In this document: positions 1-13,116 of the stretch, piece after piece
Numbering within the stretch: the stretch's first letter is position 1
How the letters are laid out: each line of letters opens with the position of its first letter
Assembly (NCBI RefSeq): GCF_036884775.1
Contig: NZ_CP145703.1
Direction: 5' to 3' (one strand)
Origin: Escherichia coli
Lineage (GTDB): Bacteria > Pseudomonadota > Gammaproteobacteria > Enterobacterales > Enterobacteriaceae
DNA: 32,000 bases
The notes under the pieces: generated by a model
Told to the model about the DNA's origin: nothing
The model's input: only the letters and a program-made list of their open reading frames with translations
The model's database searches: none
Position numbers and translations under genes: made by a program

Positions 1-143
1 ATTATGAGGGGATCACTGTATGCATCGAATTCTTGCGGAAAAATCGGTCAATATCACTGAGTTACGTAAAAACCCAGCTAAATACTTTATTGATCAACCA
101 GTTGCGGTTCTTTCTAATAATCGCCCCGCAGGATATCTCTTAA

Positions 144-1338
<1,195 letters not shown>

Positions 1339-1514
1339 TTAAGTGCCAGCGCATTCGAAGCGTTAATGGACATGCTTGCTGAACAAGAGGAGAAAAAGCC
1401 TATAAAGGCGCGCTTCCGTCCAAGTGCTGCAAGATTAGAGGAAATTACACGCCGAGCTGAAAAATATCTTAATGATATGACGGATGATGATTTCAATGAC
1501 TTTAAGGAATAAGG

Positions 1515-1913
1515 ATGCGGGTATTCAAAACAAAACTCATTCGCCTGCAACTTACAGCAGAGGAACTTGAAGCGTTAACGGCGGATTTTATTTCCTATAA
1601 GCGTGACGGTGTTTTGCCAGATATATTTGGTCGCGATGCACTCTACGACGACTCGTTTACCTGGCCATTAATCAAATTTGAGCGAGTTGCTCATATTCAT
1701 CTGGCAAATTAGAATAATCCATTTCCGCCACAGTTGCGCCAATTCAGCAGAACGAATGACGAAGCGCATTTGGTATATTGTCAGGGTGCGTTTGATGAGC
1801 AAGCATGGTTGCTCATTGCCATTCTGAAACCTGAACCTCATAAACTGGCTCGAGATAACAACCAAATGCATAAAATTGGGAAAATGGCAGAAGCGTTTCG
1901 CATGCGTTTTTGA
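1515..1913 (+). pseudogene. yafO: YafO mRNA interferase toxin gene with an in-frame TAG at 1710-1712
   Basis: Reads MRVFKTKLIRLQLTAEELEALTADFISYKRDGVLPDIFGRDALYDDSFTWPLIKFERVAHIHLAN*, then stays in frame as NNPFPPQLRQFSRTNDEAHLVYCQGAFDEQAWLLIAILKPEPHKLARDNNQMHKIGKMAEAFRMRF* to 1913. Confidence 0.9.
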
Positions 1914-1922
1914 ATTTATATT

Positions 1923-2375
1923 ATGAATAACATACATATAAGAAACTATCAGCCTGGCGATTTTCAGCAACTATGCGCTATTTTCCTTCGAGCGGTTACG
2001 ATGACTGCCAGTCAGCACTATTCTCCACAGCAAATTGCCGCCTGGGCGCAGATTGACGAATCTCGCTGGAAAGATAAACTCGCGAAATCACAAGTGCGGG
2101 TTGCAGTCATTAATGCACAACCGGTTGGTTTTATTTCCCGCATTGAACATTATATCGATATGTTATTTGTTGACCCTGAATACACCCGCCGTGGGGTTGC
2201 CAGCGCTTTGTTAAAACCTTTGATTAAGTCTGAATCCGAACTTACGGTGGACGCCAGCATAACCGCAAAGCCCTTTTTTGAACGTTATGGTTTTCAGACA
2301 GTTAAGCAGCAGTGCGTTGAATGCCGGGGAGCGTGGTTTACTAATTTTTATATGCGATATAAACCGCAACATTAA
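1923..2375 (+). CDS. yafP: GNAT-family N-acetyltransferase YafP
   Basis: 150 aa; MNNIHIRNYQPGDFQQLCAIFLRAVTMTASQHYSPQQIAAWAQI..., acetyl-CoA binding type segment YTRRGVASALL; position after yafO. Confidence 0.93.
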   Translation: MNNIHIRNYQPGDFQQLCAIFLRAVTMTASQHYSPQQIAAWAQIDESRWKDKLAKSQVRVAVINAQPVGFISRIEHYIDMLFVDPEYTRRGVASALLKPLIKSESELTVDASITAKPFFERYGFQTVKQQCVECRGAWFTNFYMRYKPQH

Positions 2376-2553
2376 ATCCAGCTTGCAATGAAAATAACGC
2401 CCGCCTAGTATGTGCGCGTTTTCTTATTCCACAAACTGCAAGGAGGTAAATCATGACAAATCCTTTATCAATGACTCTTTGCAGACCTTTCCAGGATTAA
2501 TTCTTTTTTTCTTGCCCTGGATTCGTCTGCCATTTCCTGATTTTTATTCATAA

Positions 2554-3705
2554 ATGGAATGGTTTATGGGCAAATATATTCGTCCCTTATCCGATGCGGT
2601 ATTTACCATCGCATCTGATGACCTGTGGATCGAGAGTTTAGCGATCCAACAATTACACACCACGGCAAATTTACCCAACATGCAGCGCGTAGTAGGGATG
2701 CCAGATTTACATCCCGGACGCGGCTACCCGATTGGCGCAGCGTTCTTCTCCGCAGGCCGTTTTTACCCGGCACTGGTCGGCAATGATATCGGCTGCGGCA
2801 TGGCGCTATGGCAAACAGATATTCTCGCTCGCAAATACAACGCCGATAAGTTTGAAAAGCGATTATCAGCTTTGGATGACGTTGCTGAAGAAAGCTGGCT
2901 GGAGGAAAACCTGCCGTCAGCATTTGCACAGCATCCGTGGCGCAGCTCGCTTGGCTCTATCGGTGGCGGAAACCACTTCGCAGAACTGCAACAAGTTGAT
3001 GAAATCATCGACGCTGAACTGTTTGCACTGGCAGGTCTGGATGCGCAGCATCTGCAACTGCTGGTTCATAGCGGCTCGAGGGGGTTGGGGCAGTCTATTT
3101 TACAGCGGCATATTGCCTCGTTTTCGCATCATGGTTTGCCTGAAGGCAGTGACGACGCGCTACGGTATATTGCGGAACATGACGATGTGCTAGCGTTTGC
3201 GCGTATTAATCGCCAGATGATTGCTTTGCGCATAATGCAACAAGTTAAGGCCACCGGAAGTCCGGTTCTGGATGTGGCGCATAACTTTGTTAGCGCGTGC
3301 CAAATCGGCGATCAACAGGGTTGGTTGCATCGTAAAGGTGCCACGCCGGATGACAACGGTCTGGTGATTATTCCCGGTTCACGCGGTGATTACTCCTGGC
3401 TTGTACAGCCTGTTGCGAACGAAAAAACGCTCCACTCGCTGGCGCATGGGGCAGGGCGTAAATGGGGGCGCACCGAGTGTAAAGGGCGTCTGGCAGCGAA
3501 ATGCACGGCGACGCAACTCTCGCGTACTGAACTTGGCAGTCGGGTAATTTGTCGCGATAAACAACTCATCTTTGAAGAAGCGCCACAAGCCTATAAATCG
3601 GCTGAAAGCGTGGTGCAATGTCTGGTGCAAGCCGGTTTAATTATTCCTGTCGCGCGGCTGCGTCCGGTGCTAACGCTCAAAAACAGTGGAGGGAAAAAAG
3701 GATGA
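2554..3705 (+). CDS. rtcB2: RtcB-family RNA ligase (RtcB2 type); the start may be the second Met at 2566 ([10 protein letters not shown])
   Basis: 383 aa with RtcB hallmarks [50 protein letters not shown]; coupled to prfH. Confidence 0.92.
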   Translation: MEWFMGKYIRPLSDAVFTIASDDLWIESLAIQQLHTTANLPNMQRVVGMPDLHPGRGYPIGAAFFSAGRFYPALVGNDIGCGMALWQTDILARKYNADKFEKRLSALDDVAEESWLEENLPSAFAQHPWRSSLGSIGGGNHFAELQQVDEIIDAELFALAGLDAQHLQLLVHSGSRGLGQSILQRHIASFSHHGLPEGSDDALRYIAEHDDVLAFARINRQMIALRIMQQVKATGSPVLDVAHNFVSACQIGDQQGWLHRKGATPDDNGLVIIPGSRGDYSWLVQPVANEKTLHSLAHGAGRKWGRTECKGRLAAKCTATQLSRTELGSRVICRDKQLIFEEAPQAYKSAESVVQCLVQAGLIIPVARLRPVLTLKNSGGKKG

Positions 3706-4316
3706 TCTTGCTACAACTCTCCTCAGCGCAGGGGCCGGAAGAATGTTGCCTCGCAGTGAAAAAGGCGCTGGACAGGTTGATTAAAGAAGCTACCCGACAA
3801 GACGTCGCGATAACGGTGCTGGAAACAGAAACGGGTCGCTACTCTGACACGTTGCGTTCAGCGCTGATTTCTCTGGATGGCGATAACGCATGGGCATTAA
3901 GCGAAAGTTGGTGCGGCACTATCCAGTGGATTTGTCCGAGTCCGTATCGGCCTCATCATGGGCGCAAAAACTGGTTTCTGGGCATTGGGCGTTTTACTGC
4001 TGATGAGCAGGAACAATCGGATGCAATCCGTTATGAGACGCTGCGTTCGTCGGGGCCGGGCGGTCAACATGTCAATAAAACCGACTCGGCGGTACGCGCC
4101 ACGCATCTGGCATCCGGGATTAGCGTGAAGGTTCAGTCAGAGCGCAGCCAACATGCCAACAAACGGCTGGCGCGATTGCTGATTGCCTGGAAGCTGGAGC
4201 AACAGCAACAGGAAAATAGCGCGGCGCTGAAATCGCAGCGGCGAATGTTCCATCACCAGATTGAACGTGGCAACCCGCGACGAACGTTTACAGGGATGGC
4301 TTTTGTCGCTGTGTAA
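3702..4316 (+). CDS. prfH: Peptide chain release factor-like protein PrfH
   Basis: ATG at 3702 overlaps the rtcB2 stop (ATGA). Contains the class I release factor GGQ motif in [20 protein letters not shown]. Confidence 0.93.
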   Translation: MILLQLSSAQGPEECCLAVKKALDRLIKEATRQDVAITVLETETGRYSDTLRSALISLDGDNAWALSESWCGTIQWICPSPYRPHHGRKNWFLGIGRFTADEQEQSDAIRYETLRSSGPGGQHVNKTDSAVRATHLASGISVKVQSERSQHANKRLARLLIAWKLEQQQQENSAALKSQRRMFHHQIERGNPRRTFTGMAFVAV

Positions 4317-4377
4317 TTGAGGAATGTCTCCCGCCGTTTTCTATATGAAAGCGGCGGGAAAAACGAAAGGAATAGTC

Positions 4378-4887
4378 ATGTTTATCGGTCATCTTCCGGC
4401 TGGTTATTTAATAACTTGTACTTTAATGAAACGCTTGCCACTGATTGCTCGTCATGCGCGCTGGGCGATGGTTATTGGCTTACTTGGGGCCGTTGCGCCC
4501 GATTTTGATCTTTTTTGGTGCTATCTGGTTGATAACGGGCAACGACATCATCATCTTTACCCGTCTCATTGGCCATTATTATGGTTTGCTCTGCTGGCGG
4601 CGACATTAGTCTGGGCAGGAATTGCGAAGAATAAACTTCCGGCGTGGCTGGGCGTGGTGTTTTGCCTGAATAGTATCGCGCATTTATTACTCGATACGCT
4701 GGTCGGTGATATCTGGTGGCTGATGCCTTTCGTTAACCAACCGTTTGCATTCTTTCATATTACGGCGGTACATCATCCGTGGTGGCTCAATTTTTTATTA
4801 CACTGGTCGTTTTTACTGGAACTGGCATTAGTGGTTGCCGCCATTGCCATGTGGTGCAGGCGTAATGCCAAAATGGTAAATGCATGA
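4378..4887 (+). CDS. Inner-membrane metal-dependent hydrolase, YdjM/DUF457-like
   Basis: 169 aa from ATG 4378, MFIGHLPAGYLITCTLMKRL...; multiple hydrophobic segments and His/Asp motifs (APDFDL, HHHLYPSHW, HLLLDTLVGDIWWLMPF). Confidence 0.7.
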   Translation: MFIGHLPAGYLITCTLMKRLPLIARHARWAMVIGLLGAVAPDFDLFWCYLVDNGQRHHHLYPSHWPLLWFALLAATLVWAGIAKNKLPAWLGVVFCLNSIAHLLLDTLVGDIWWLMPFVNQPFAFFHITAVHHPWWLNFLLHWSFLLELALVVAAIAMWCRRNAKMVNA

Positions 4888-4903
4888 AAAAATTATTCTG
4901 ACT

Positions 4904-5146
4904 TTAAGCGGCGTAACATGTTTCCTGGGGAAATTCTCCCGTGGTTAAGTATGCTCTCCTGACTTTGCCCCAGGCTCTGAACATATAAAATTTCTGCTTT
5001 TCACCCTTAAGTTCTTTCACGGATTCCAGCGCAAAACCTTCTTTGGTGATCAGAAATTCTCCCCATGAAATATGGTCGCAGCTATATAAATATGCGACCT
5101 TTTCATGAGTTTCATAATGTTTTGTTATTTCGATATAGATAGCCAT
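4904..5146 (-). CDS. Small conserved-looking hypothetical protein (MAIYIEITKHYETHEKVAYLYSC...)
   Basis: ORF open to 5185, but the upstream extension overlaps a perfect hairpin, so the Met at 5146 is the more plausible start. Codon usage looks real; function unknown. Confidence 0.5.
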   Translation of the reverse strand: MAIYIEITKHYETHEKVAYLYSCDHISWGEFLITKEGFALESVKELKGEKQKFYMFRAWGKVRRAYLTTGEFPQETCYAA

Positions 5147-5161
5147 TGGCTTCAAACAGTA

Positions 5162-5183
5162 GTCCACGCCCGCAGGCGTGGAC
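5162..5183. terminator. Perfect 9-bp stem hairpin GTCCACGCC-CGCA-GGCGTGGAC downstream of pepD
   Basis: Inverted repeat just after the pepD stop codon; U-tract poor on either strand, so the terminator role is tentative. Confidence 0.4.
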
Positions 5184-5193
5184 ATTATTGTAA

Positions 5194-6651
5194 TTACTTC
5201 GCCGGAATTTCTTTCAGCAGTTCAGTCAGTAGTGTCCAGTAATGACCTACGCTTTCGATGTGAACTTGCTCATCCGGAGAGTGTGGACCGGTGATGGTTG
5301 GCCCGATAGAAACCATGTCCATTTCCGGATACGGTTTTTTGAACAGACCACATTCCAGGCCCGCGTGGATAATCTGGATGTTCGGCGTCTTGTTGAACAG
5401 ACGCTGATAAGTTTCACGTACCAGATGCATCACCGGAGAATTAGCGTCCGGCTGCCAGCCAGGATATGCGCCTTTCGCTTCGGTTTTCGCGCCAGCCAGT
5501 TTACCCAGCGAATCCAGCATGCTCACCACGTAGTCTTTACCGCTGTCGATCAGAGAACGGATCAGGCAGTGAATTTCTACGTTATTGTCAGTCATGGTCA
5601 CCACACCGACGTTCAGGGAGGTTTCCACCACACCTTTTGCCACATCGGAATTGCGGATCACACCGTTCGGGGTGGCGTTCAGCAGACGAATAAAGGTATC
5701 GCGAGATTTCGCAATCAGGGCAGCTTTATCGTTCGCAACAGAGTCCAGCAGCAATGCCAGATTTTTCTCTTTCTCTGCCAGCTCGTTTTTCAGGATTTCC
5801 TGATAGGTATTCACCAGAGATTTCAGGGCGTCGACTTTATCAGCTGCGACAGCAATGGTCGCAAAGGCTTCACGCGGGATGGCGTTACGCAGTGTGCCAC
5901 CGTTGAAATCGATAAGGCGCAGGTCCAGCTCTTCTGCATGACCCGCCAGGAAGCGCACCAGCAGTTTGTTGGCATTACCCAGGCCAACGTGGATTTCACC
6001 GCCGGAGTGACCGCCTTTTAGACCTTTTAAGGTTAACTTGAAGGTTTCAAAACCAGCTGGAACTGCTTCACGATCTAAATGCAGGTTGGAGGTGAAGTCG
6101 ATACCCCCCGCGCAACCCATGTAGATTTCACCTTCCTCTTCGGAGTCGGTGTTAATCAGAATATCAGCCTGCAACCAGTTGCTCTGTAAGCCAAAAGCAC
6201 CATCCATACCGGCTTCTTCGGTCATGGTCAGCAGCACTTCCAGCGGGCCGTGAACCACGTTTTCGTCAGCCAGAACCGCCAGCGCAGACGCCATACCAAT
6301 GCCGTTATCCGCACCCAGCGTGGTGCCGCGCGCTTTAACCCATTCGCCATCAATATAAGGCTGGATAGGATCTTTAGTGAAGTCATGCACGGTGTCGTTA
6401 TTTTTCTGCGGCACCATATCGAGGTGGGCCTGCAAGACGACCGGTTTACGATTTTCCATACCTGCGGTAGCAGGTTTACGAATCAGGATATTACCTACCT
6501 GATCGCGTTCGACATGGAAACCTTTCTCTTTTGCCCAACCAACAATGTATTCAGCGAGTTGCTCTTCATGATAGGACGGGTGAGGAATAGAACAGATTTT
6601 GGCAAAAATATCCCACAGCGGCTGTGGAGATAATTGAGACAGTTCAGACAC
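5194..6651 (-). CDS. pepD: Aminoacyl-histidine dipeptidase (peptidase D)
   Basis: 485 aa, MSELSQLSPQPLWDIFAKICSIPHPSYHEEQLAEYIV...; M20 metallopeptidase motifs. Confidence 0.97.
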   Translation of the reverse strand: MSELSQLSPQPLWDIFAKICSIPHPSYHEEQLAEYIVGWAKEKGFHVERDQVGNILIRKPATAGMENRKPVVLQAHLDMVPQKNNDTVHDFTKDPIQPYIDGEWVKARGTTLGADNGIGMASALAVLADENVVHGPLEVLLTMTEEAGMDGAFGLQSNWLQADILINTDSEEEGEIYMGCAGGIDFTSNLHLDREAVPAGFETFKLTLKGLKGGHSGGEIHVGLGNANKLLVRFLAGHAEELDLRLIDFNGGTLRNAIPREAFATIAVAADKVDALKSLVNTYQEILKNELAEKEKNLALLLDSVANDKAALIAKSRDTFIRLLNATPNGVIRNSDVAKGVVETSLNVGVVTMTDNNVEIHCLIRSLIDSGKDYVVSMLDSLGKLAGAKTEAKGAYPGWQPDANSPVMHLVRETYQRLFNKTPNIQIIHAGLECGLFKKPYPEMDMVSIGPTITGPHSPDEQVHIESVGHYWTLLTELLKEIPAK

Positions 6652-6911
6652 GTTAAGTCTCCTTGTCGATCACCCGCAAAACAGTATTGCAGGTCACAGG
6701 GTTAGCAGAAAATGTTGTCAACACAAGACAGGCTTGCGAGATATGTTTGAGAATACCACTTTATCCCGCGTCAGGGAGAGGCAGTGCGTAAAAAGACGCG
6801 GACTCATGTGAAATACTGGTTTTTAGTGCGCCAGATCTCTATAATCTCGCGCAACCTATTTTCCCCTCGAACACTTTTTAAGCCGTAGATAAACAGGCTG
6901 GGACACTTCAC

Positions 6912-7370
6912 ATGAGCGAAAAATACATCGTCACCTGGGACATGTTGCAGATCCATGCACGTAAACTCGCAAGCCGACTGATGCCTTCTGAACAATGGAA
7001 AGGCATTATTGCCGTAAGCCGTGGCGGTCTGGTACCGGGTGCGTTACTGGCGCGTGAACTGGGTATTCGTCATGTCGATACCGTTTGTATTTCCAGCTAT
7101 GATCACGACAACCAGCGCGAGCTTAAAGTGCTAAAACGCGCAGAAGGCGATGGCGAAGGCTTCATCGTTATTGATGACCTGGTGGATACCGGTGGCACTG
7201 CGGTTGCGATTCGTGAAATGTATCCAAAAGCGCACTTTGTCACCATCTTCGCAAAACCGGCTGGTCGTCCGCTGGTTGATGATTATGTTGTTGATATCCC
7301 GCAAGATACCTGGATCGAACAACCGTGGGATATGGGCGTCGTATTCGTCCCGCCAATCTCCGGTCGCTAA
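6912..7370 (+). CDS. gpt: Xanthine-guanine phosphoribosyltransferase
   Basis: [43 protein letters not shown]... with PRPP motif [11 protein letters not shown]. Confidence 0.97.
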
Positions 7371-7461
7371 TCTTTTCAACGCCTGGCACTGCCGGGCGTT
7401 GTTCTTTTTAACTTCAGGCAGGTTACAATAGTTTCCAGTAAGTATTCTGGAGGCTGCATCC

Positions 7462-8706
7462 ATGACACAGGCAAACCTGAGCGAAACCCTGTTCAAACCC
7501 CGCTTTAAACATCCTGAAACCTCGACGCTAGTTCGCCGCTTTAATCACGGCGCACAACCGCCTGTGCAGTCGGCCCTTGATGGTAAAACCATCCCTCACT
7601 GGTATCGCATGATTAACCGTCTGATGTGGATCTGGCGCGGCATTGACCCACGTGAAATCCTCGACGTCCAGGCACGTATTGTGATGAGCGATGCCGAACG
7701 TACCGACGATGATTTATACGATACGGTGATTGGCTACCGTGGTGGCAACTGGATTTATGAGTGGGCCACCCAGGCGATGGTGTGGCAACAAAAAGCCTGT
7801 GCGGAAGAAGATCCGCAACTCAGTGGTCGTCACTGGCTGCATGCGGCTACGTTGTACAACATTGCCGCCTATCCTCATCTGAAAGGAGATGACCTGGCCG
7901 AGCAAGCGCAGGCTTTGTCAAACCGCGCCTATGAAGAGGCCGCTCAGCGTCTGCCGGGCACCATGCGGCAGATGGAGTTTACCGTACCCGGCGGTGCGCC
8001 CATCACCGGCTTTTTGCATATGCCGAAAGGCGATGGCCCGTTCCCGACAGTATTAATGTGTGGTGGTCTGGATGCGATGCAGACGGACTATTACAGCCTG
8101 TATGAACGTTATTTTGCGCCGCGCGGCATTGCGATGCTGACTATTGATATGCCGTCGGTGGGCTTTTCTTCAAAATGGAAGCTCACCCAGGACTCCAGCC
8201 TGTTGCATCAGCACGTCTTAAAGGCGCTGCCTAACGTACCGTGGGTAGATCACACTCGCGTCGCGGCCTTTGGTTTCCGTTTCGGCGCTAACGTTGCCGT
8301 GCGTCTGGCATACCTTGAATCGCCGCGTCTGAAAGCGGTTGCCTGTCTTGGTCCGGTAGTTCATACCCTGTTGAGTGATTTTAAGTGCCAGCAACAGGTG
8401 CCGGAAATGTATCTTGACGTTCTGGCGAGTCGTTTGGGTATGCATGATGCTTCCGACGAAGCGTTACGCGTGGAGTTGAATCGCTATTCATTAAAAGTGC
8501 AAGGATTGCTGGGACGTCGTTGCCCAACGCCAATGTTATCAGGCTACTGGAAGAACGATCCGTTCAGCCCGGAAGAGGACTCACGCTTAATCACCTCATC
8601 AACTGCTGACGGTAAATTGTTAGAGATCCCATTTAACCCGGTGTATCGGAATTTTGACAAAGGTCTTCAGGAAATCACCGACTGGATCGAAAAACGATTG
8701 TGTTAA
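7462..8706 (+). CDS. frsA: Fermentation-respiration switch protein / esterase FrsA
   Basis: 414 aa [27 protein letters not shown]...; alpha/beta hydrolase; position between gpt and crl. Confidence 0.95.
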   Translation: MTQANLSETLFKPRFKHPETSTLVRRFNHGAQPPVQSALDGKTIPHWYRMINRLMWIWRGIDPREILDVQARIVMSDAERTDDDLYDTVIGYRGGNWIYEWATQAMVWQQKACAEEDPQLSGRHWLHAATLYNIAAYPHLKGDDLAEQAQALSNRAYEEAAQRLPGTMRQMEFTVPGGAPITGFLHMPKGDGPFPTVLMCGGLDAMQTDYYSLYERYFAPRGIAMLTIDMPSVGFSSKWKLTQDSSLLHQHVLKALPNVPWVDHTRVAAFGFRFGANVAVRLAYLESPRLKAVACLGPVVHTLLSDFKCQQQVPEMYLDVLASRLGMHDASDEALRVELNRYSLKVQGLLGRRCPTPMLSGYWKNDPFSPEEDSRLITSSTADGKLLEIPFNPVYRNFDKGLQEITDWIEKRLC

Positions 8707-9165
<459 letters not shown>

Positions 9166-9203
9166 GTGAAATGTGCCGGATGCATCACATCCGGCAATAT
9201 CCA

Positions 9204-10265
9204 TTAAAACTGATAGGTCATGCCAACCGCGACAATATCATCATTATTGATGTTCAGCTTATTATCGCTATCCAGTTGGTTTATTTTATAATCAACAAAT
9301 GCCGACATATTTTTGTTGAAATAATACGTAGCACCAACATCGATATAATTGACCAGATCTTCATCACCGATGCCTTCAATATCTTTCCCTTTCGATAAGA
9401 CATAACCCAGCGACGGACGCAGACCAAAGTCAAACTGGTATTGGGCGACCGCTTCAAAGTTCTGTGTCTTATTGGCAAAGCCGCCAGTTATTGGCGTCAT
9501 TTTGCGTGTTTCAGAATAGAAAGTTGCCAGATAAATATTATTGGCATCGTATTTCAGACCTGTTGCCCATGCTTCTGCACGCTTGCCTGTGCCACGGCTT
9601 TGCAGGTTCTGCTCGTTAGTGCGATCGGAGTTGGTATAGGCCCCACTGATGGCGAAATCGCTGCCACCAAAGTCATATGTCAATGACGTACCGAAGCCAT
9701 CGCCGTTTTGCTTTTTAACGTCGCGGTTTTCGTTTTTCCCTTGATATTGCAGGGTTAAGTTCAGGCCATCGATAACGCCGAAGAAGTCAGTGTTACGGTA
9801 AGTGGCCAGACCGCTGGCGCGTTTGGTCATAAAGTTGTCGGTCTGCGCCGAGGAGTCGCCACCAAATTCCGGGAACATATCGGTCCAGGCTTCCACGTCA
9901 TACAGCGCGCCCAGGTTACGACCATAATCGAAAGAACCCAAATCTTTATATTTCAACCCGGCAAAAGCGAGACGCGTTTTTTGCTGTGCAGTATCACTCT
10001 CCGCTTTATTACCGGCAAACTCTGCTTCCCAACGACCATAACCAGTCAGTTGATCGTTAATTTGTGTTTCGCCTTTAAAACCAAAACGGATATAACTCTG
10101 GTCGCCATCTTTACTGTCGTTATCACTCATATAATGCATGGCTTTAACTTTGCCATAGACATCCAGTTTATTACCGTCTTTGTTATATATTTCTGCGGCC
10201 TGTACGGATGCAGATGCCACAATGCCCATCACCACTAATGCCAGAGTGCTCTTTTTCATTTTCAT
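9204..10265 (-). CDS. phoE: Outer membrane porin PhoE
   Basis: 353 aa [48 protein letters not shown]...; C-terminal ...VGMTYQF. Confidence 0.96.
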   Translation of the reverse strand: MKMKKSTLALVVMGIVASASVQAAEIYNKDGNKLDVYGKVKAMHYMSDNDSKDGDQSYIRFGFKGETQINDQLTGYGRWEAEFAGNKAESDTAQQKTRLAFAGLKYKDLGSFDYGRNLGALYDVEAWTDMFPEFGGDSSAQTDNFMTKRASGLATYRNTDFFGVIDGLNLTLQYQGKNENRDVKKQNGDGFGTSLTYDFGGSDFAISGAYTNSDRTNEQNLQSRGTGKRAEAWATGLKYDANNIYLATFYSETRKMTPITGGFANKTQNFEAVAQYQFDFGLRPSLGYVLSKGKDIEGIGDEDLVNYIDVGATYYFNKNMSAFVDYKINQLDSDNKLNINNDDIVAVGMTYQF

Positions 10266-10339
10266 TCCTGATTTTAATTAACGCGCGAATATTCAGCGGG
10301 AGAGTCCCGTTGAAAACAGGAAAGTTTTTAACCTGAGAT

Positions 10340-10358
10340 TGTTAAAGATATATTACAG
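10340..10358 (-). promoter_or_regulatory. PhoB (Pho box) site upstream of phoE
   Basis: Minus strand reads CTGTAATATATCTTTAACA, matching the Pho box pattern, ~75 bp upstream of the phoE start. Confidence 0.75.
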
Positions 10359-10546
10359 ATTAATAATATTCTTAAAATGTGGTAATTTATTAAATCTGTA
10401 ATAAAAGCGTAAACAACTGCCGCTACGCTTGCTGATCCCGCGCAACAAAACGCCATGCTTTGCTCGCAGATGGTTGGCAACCGACGACAGTCCTGCTAAA
10501 ACGTTCGTTTGATATCATTTTTCCTAAAATTGAATGGCAGAGAATC

Positions 10547-11650
10547 ATGAGTGACAGCCAGACGCTGGTGGTAAAACTCGGCACCAGTGTGCTAACAGGC
10601 GGATCGCGCCGTCTGAACCGTGCCCATATCGTTGAACTTGTTCGCCAGTGCGCGCAGTTACATGCCGCCGGGCATCGGATTGTTATTGTGACGTCGGGCG
10701 CGATCGCCGCCGGACGTGAGCACCTAGGTTACCCGGAACTGCCAGCGACTATCGCCTCGAAACAACTGCTGGCGGCGGTAGGGCAGAGTCGACTGATTCA
10801 ACTGTGGGAACAGCTGTTTTCGATTTATGGCATTCACGTCGGGCAAATGCTGCTGACCCGTGCTGATATGGAAGACCGTGAACGCTTCCTGAACGCCCGC
10901 GACACCCTGCGAGCGTTGCTCGATAACAATATCGTTCCGGTAATCAATGAGAACGATGCTGTCGCTACTGCAGAGATTAAGGTCGGCGATAACGATAACC
11001 TTTCTGCGCTGGCGGCGATTCTGGCGGGTGCCGATAAACTGTTGCTGCTGACCGATCAAAAAGGTTTGTATACCGCTGACCCGCGCAGCAATCCGCAGGC
11101 AGAACTGATTAAAGATGTTTACGGCATTGATGACGCACTGCGCGCGATTGCTGGCGACAGCGTTTCAGGCCTCGGAACTGGCGGCATGAGTACCAAATTG
11201 CAGGCCGCGGACGTGGCTTGCCGTGCGGGTATCGACACCATTATTGCCGCGGGCAGCAAGCCGGGCGTTATTGGTGATGTGATGGAAGGCATTTCCGTCG
11301 GTACCCTGTTTCATGCCCAGGCGACCCCGCTTGAAAACCGTAAACGCTGGATTTTCGGTGCACCACCTGCGGGTGAAATCACGGTAGATGAAGGGGCAAC
11401 CGCCGCCATTCTTGAACGCGGCAGCTCCCTGTTGCCGAAAGGTATTAAAAGCGTGACTGGCAATTTCTCGCGTGGTGAAGTCATCCGCATTTGCAACCTC
11501 GAAGGTCGCGATATCGCCCACGGCGTCAGTCGTTACAACAGCGATGCATTACGCCGTATTGCTGGACACCACTCGCAAGAAATTGATGCAATACTGGGAT
11601 ATGAATATGGCCCGGTTGCCGTTCACCGTGATGACATGATTACCCGTTAA
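10547..11650 (+). CDS. proB: Glutamate 5-kinase
   Basis: [51 protein letters not shown]...; the track ORF begins at 10460 but the canonical start is ATG 10547. Confidence 0.96.
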
Positions 11651-11661
11651 GGAGCTGGCCG

Positions 11662-12915
11662 ATGCTGGAACAAATGGGCATTGCCGCAAAGCAAGCCTCG
11701 TATAAATTAGCGCAACTCTCCAGCCGCGAAAAAAATCGCGTGCTGGAAAAAATCGCCGATGAACTGGAAGCACAAAGCGAAATCATCCTCAACGCTAACG
11801 CCCAGGATGTTGCTGACGCGCGTGCCAATGGCCTTAGCGAAGCGATGCTTGACCGTCTGGCACTGACGCCCGCACGGCTGAAAGGCATTGCCGATGATGT
11901 GCGCCAGGTGTGCAACCTCGCCGATCCGGTGGGGCAGGTGATTGATGGTGGCGTACTGGACAGCGGCCTGCGTCTTGAGCGTCGTCGCGTACCGCTGGGG
12001 GTTATTGGCGTGATTTATGAAGCTCGCCCGAACGTGACGGTTGATGTCGCTTCGCTGTGCCTGAAAACCGGTAACGCAGTGATCCTGCGTGGTGGCAAAG
12101 AAACCTGTCGCACTAACGCTGCAACGGTGGCGGTGATTCAGGACGCCCTGAAATCCTGCGGCTTACCGGCGGGTGCCGTGCAGGCGATTGATAATCCTGA
12201 CCGTGCGCTGGTCAGTGAAATGCTGCGTATGGATAAATACATCGACATGCTGATCCCGCGTGGTGGCGCTGGCCTGCATAAACTGTGCCGCGAACAGTCG
12301 ACGATCCCGGTGATCACAGGTGGTATAGGCGTATGCCATATTTACGTTGATGAAAGCGCGGAGATCGCTGAAGCATTAAAAGTGATCGTCAACGCGAAAA
12401 CTCAGCGACCGAGCACATGTAATACGGTTGAAACGTTGCTGGTGAATAAAAACATCGCCGATAGTTTCCTGCCCGCATTAAGCAAACAAATGGCGGAAAG
12501 TGGCGTGACGTTACACGCTGATGCAGGTGCACTGGCGCAGTTGCAGACAGGCCCCGCGAAGGTGGTGGCTGTTAAAGCGGAAGAGTATGACGATGAGTTT
12601 CTGTCATTAGATTTGAACGTCAAAATCGTCAGCGATCTTGACGATGCCATCGCCCATATTCGTGAACACGGCACACAACACTCCGATGCGATCCTGACCC
12701 GCGATATGCGCAACGCCCAGCGTTTTGTTAACGAAGTGGATTCGTCCGCTGTTTACGTTAACGCCTCTACGCGTTTTACCGACGGCGGTCAGTTTGGACT
12801 GGGTGCGGAAGTGGCGGTAAGCACACAAAAACTCCACGCGCGTGGCCCAATGGGGCTGGAAGCACTGACCACTTACAAGTGGATCGGCATTGGTGATTAC
12901 ACCATTCGTGCGTAA
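11662..12915 (+). CDS. proA: Gamma-glutamyl phosphate reductase
   Basis: 417 aa [37 protein letters not shown]... Confidence 0.97.
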   Translation: MLEQMGIAAKQASYKLAQLSSREKNRVLEKIADELEAQSEIILNANAQDVADARANGLSEAMLDRLALTPARLKGIADDVRQVCNLADPVGQVIDGGVLDSGLRLERRRVPLGVIGVIYEARPNVTVDVASLCLKTGNAVILRGGKETCRTNAATVAVIQDALKSCGLPAGAVQAIDNPDRALVSEMLRMDKYIDMLIPRGGAGLHKLCREQSTIPVITGGIGVCHIYVDESAEIAEALKVIVNAKTQRPSTCNTVETLLVNKNIADSFLPALSKQMAESGVTLHADAGALAQLQTGPAKVVAVKAEEYDDEFLSLDLNVKIVSDLDDAIAHIREHGTQHSDAILTRDMRNAQRFVNEVDSSAVYVNASTRFTDGGQFGLGAEVAVSTQKLHARGPMGLEALTTYKWIGIGDYTIRA

Positions 12916-13030
12916 ATAAAACCGGGTGATGCAAAAGTAGCCATTTGATTCACAAGGCCATTGACGCATCGCCCGGTTAGTTTTAACCTTGTCCACCGTG
13001 ATTCACGTTCGTGAACATGTCCTTTCAGGG

Positions 13031-13106
13031 CCGATATAGCTCAGTTGGTAGAGCAGCGCATTCGTAATGCGAAGGTCGGAGGTTCGACTCCTCTTATCGG
13101 CACCAT
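13031..13106 (+). tRNA. thrW: tRNA-Thr (anticodon CGU), integration target
   Basis: GCCGATATAGCTCAGTTGGTAGAGCAGCGCATTCGTAATGCGAAGGTCGGAGGTTCGACTCCTCTTATCGGCACCA; folds as a cloverleaf with CCA encoded; directly downstream of proA. Confidence 0.96.
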
Positions 13107-13116
13107 TCAAACATCT
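13091..13116 (+). repeat. Candidate attL: CCTCTTATCGGCACCATTCAAACATC (tRNA 3' end)
   Basis: A similar but imperfect sequence, CCTATTATC-GCACCATTTAAAT, occurs at the far end of the element (30694-30716). Confidence 0.45.

Noticed and set aside
5242-6633. Plus-strand ORFs of 259, 75, 72 and 127 aa across pepD
   Set aside because: Antisense frames of a well-supported conserved gene (high-GC codon bias mirror).
9441-10238. Plus-strand ORFs opposite phoE
   Set aside because: Low-complexity shadows of the porin reading frame.
10724-12996. Minus-strand ORFs across proB and proA
   Set aside because: Antisense shadows; proB and proA are intact and canonical.
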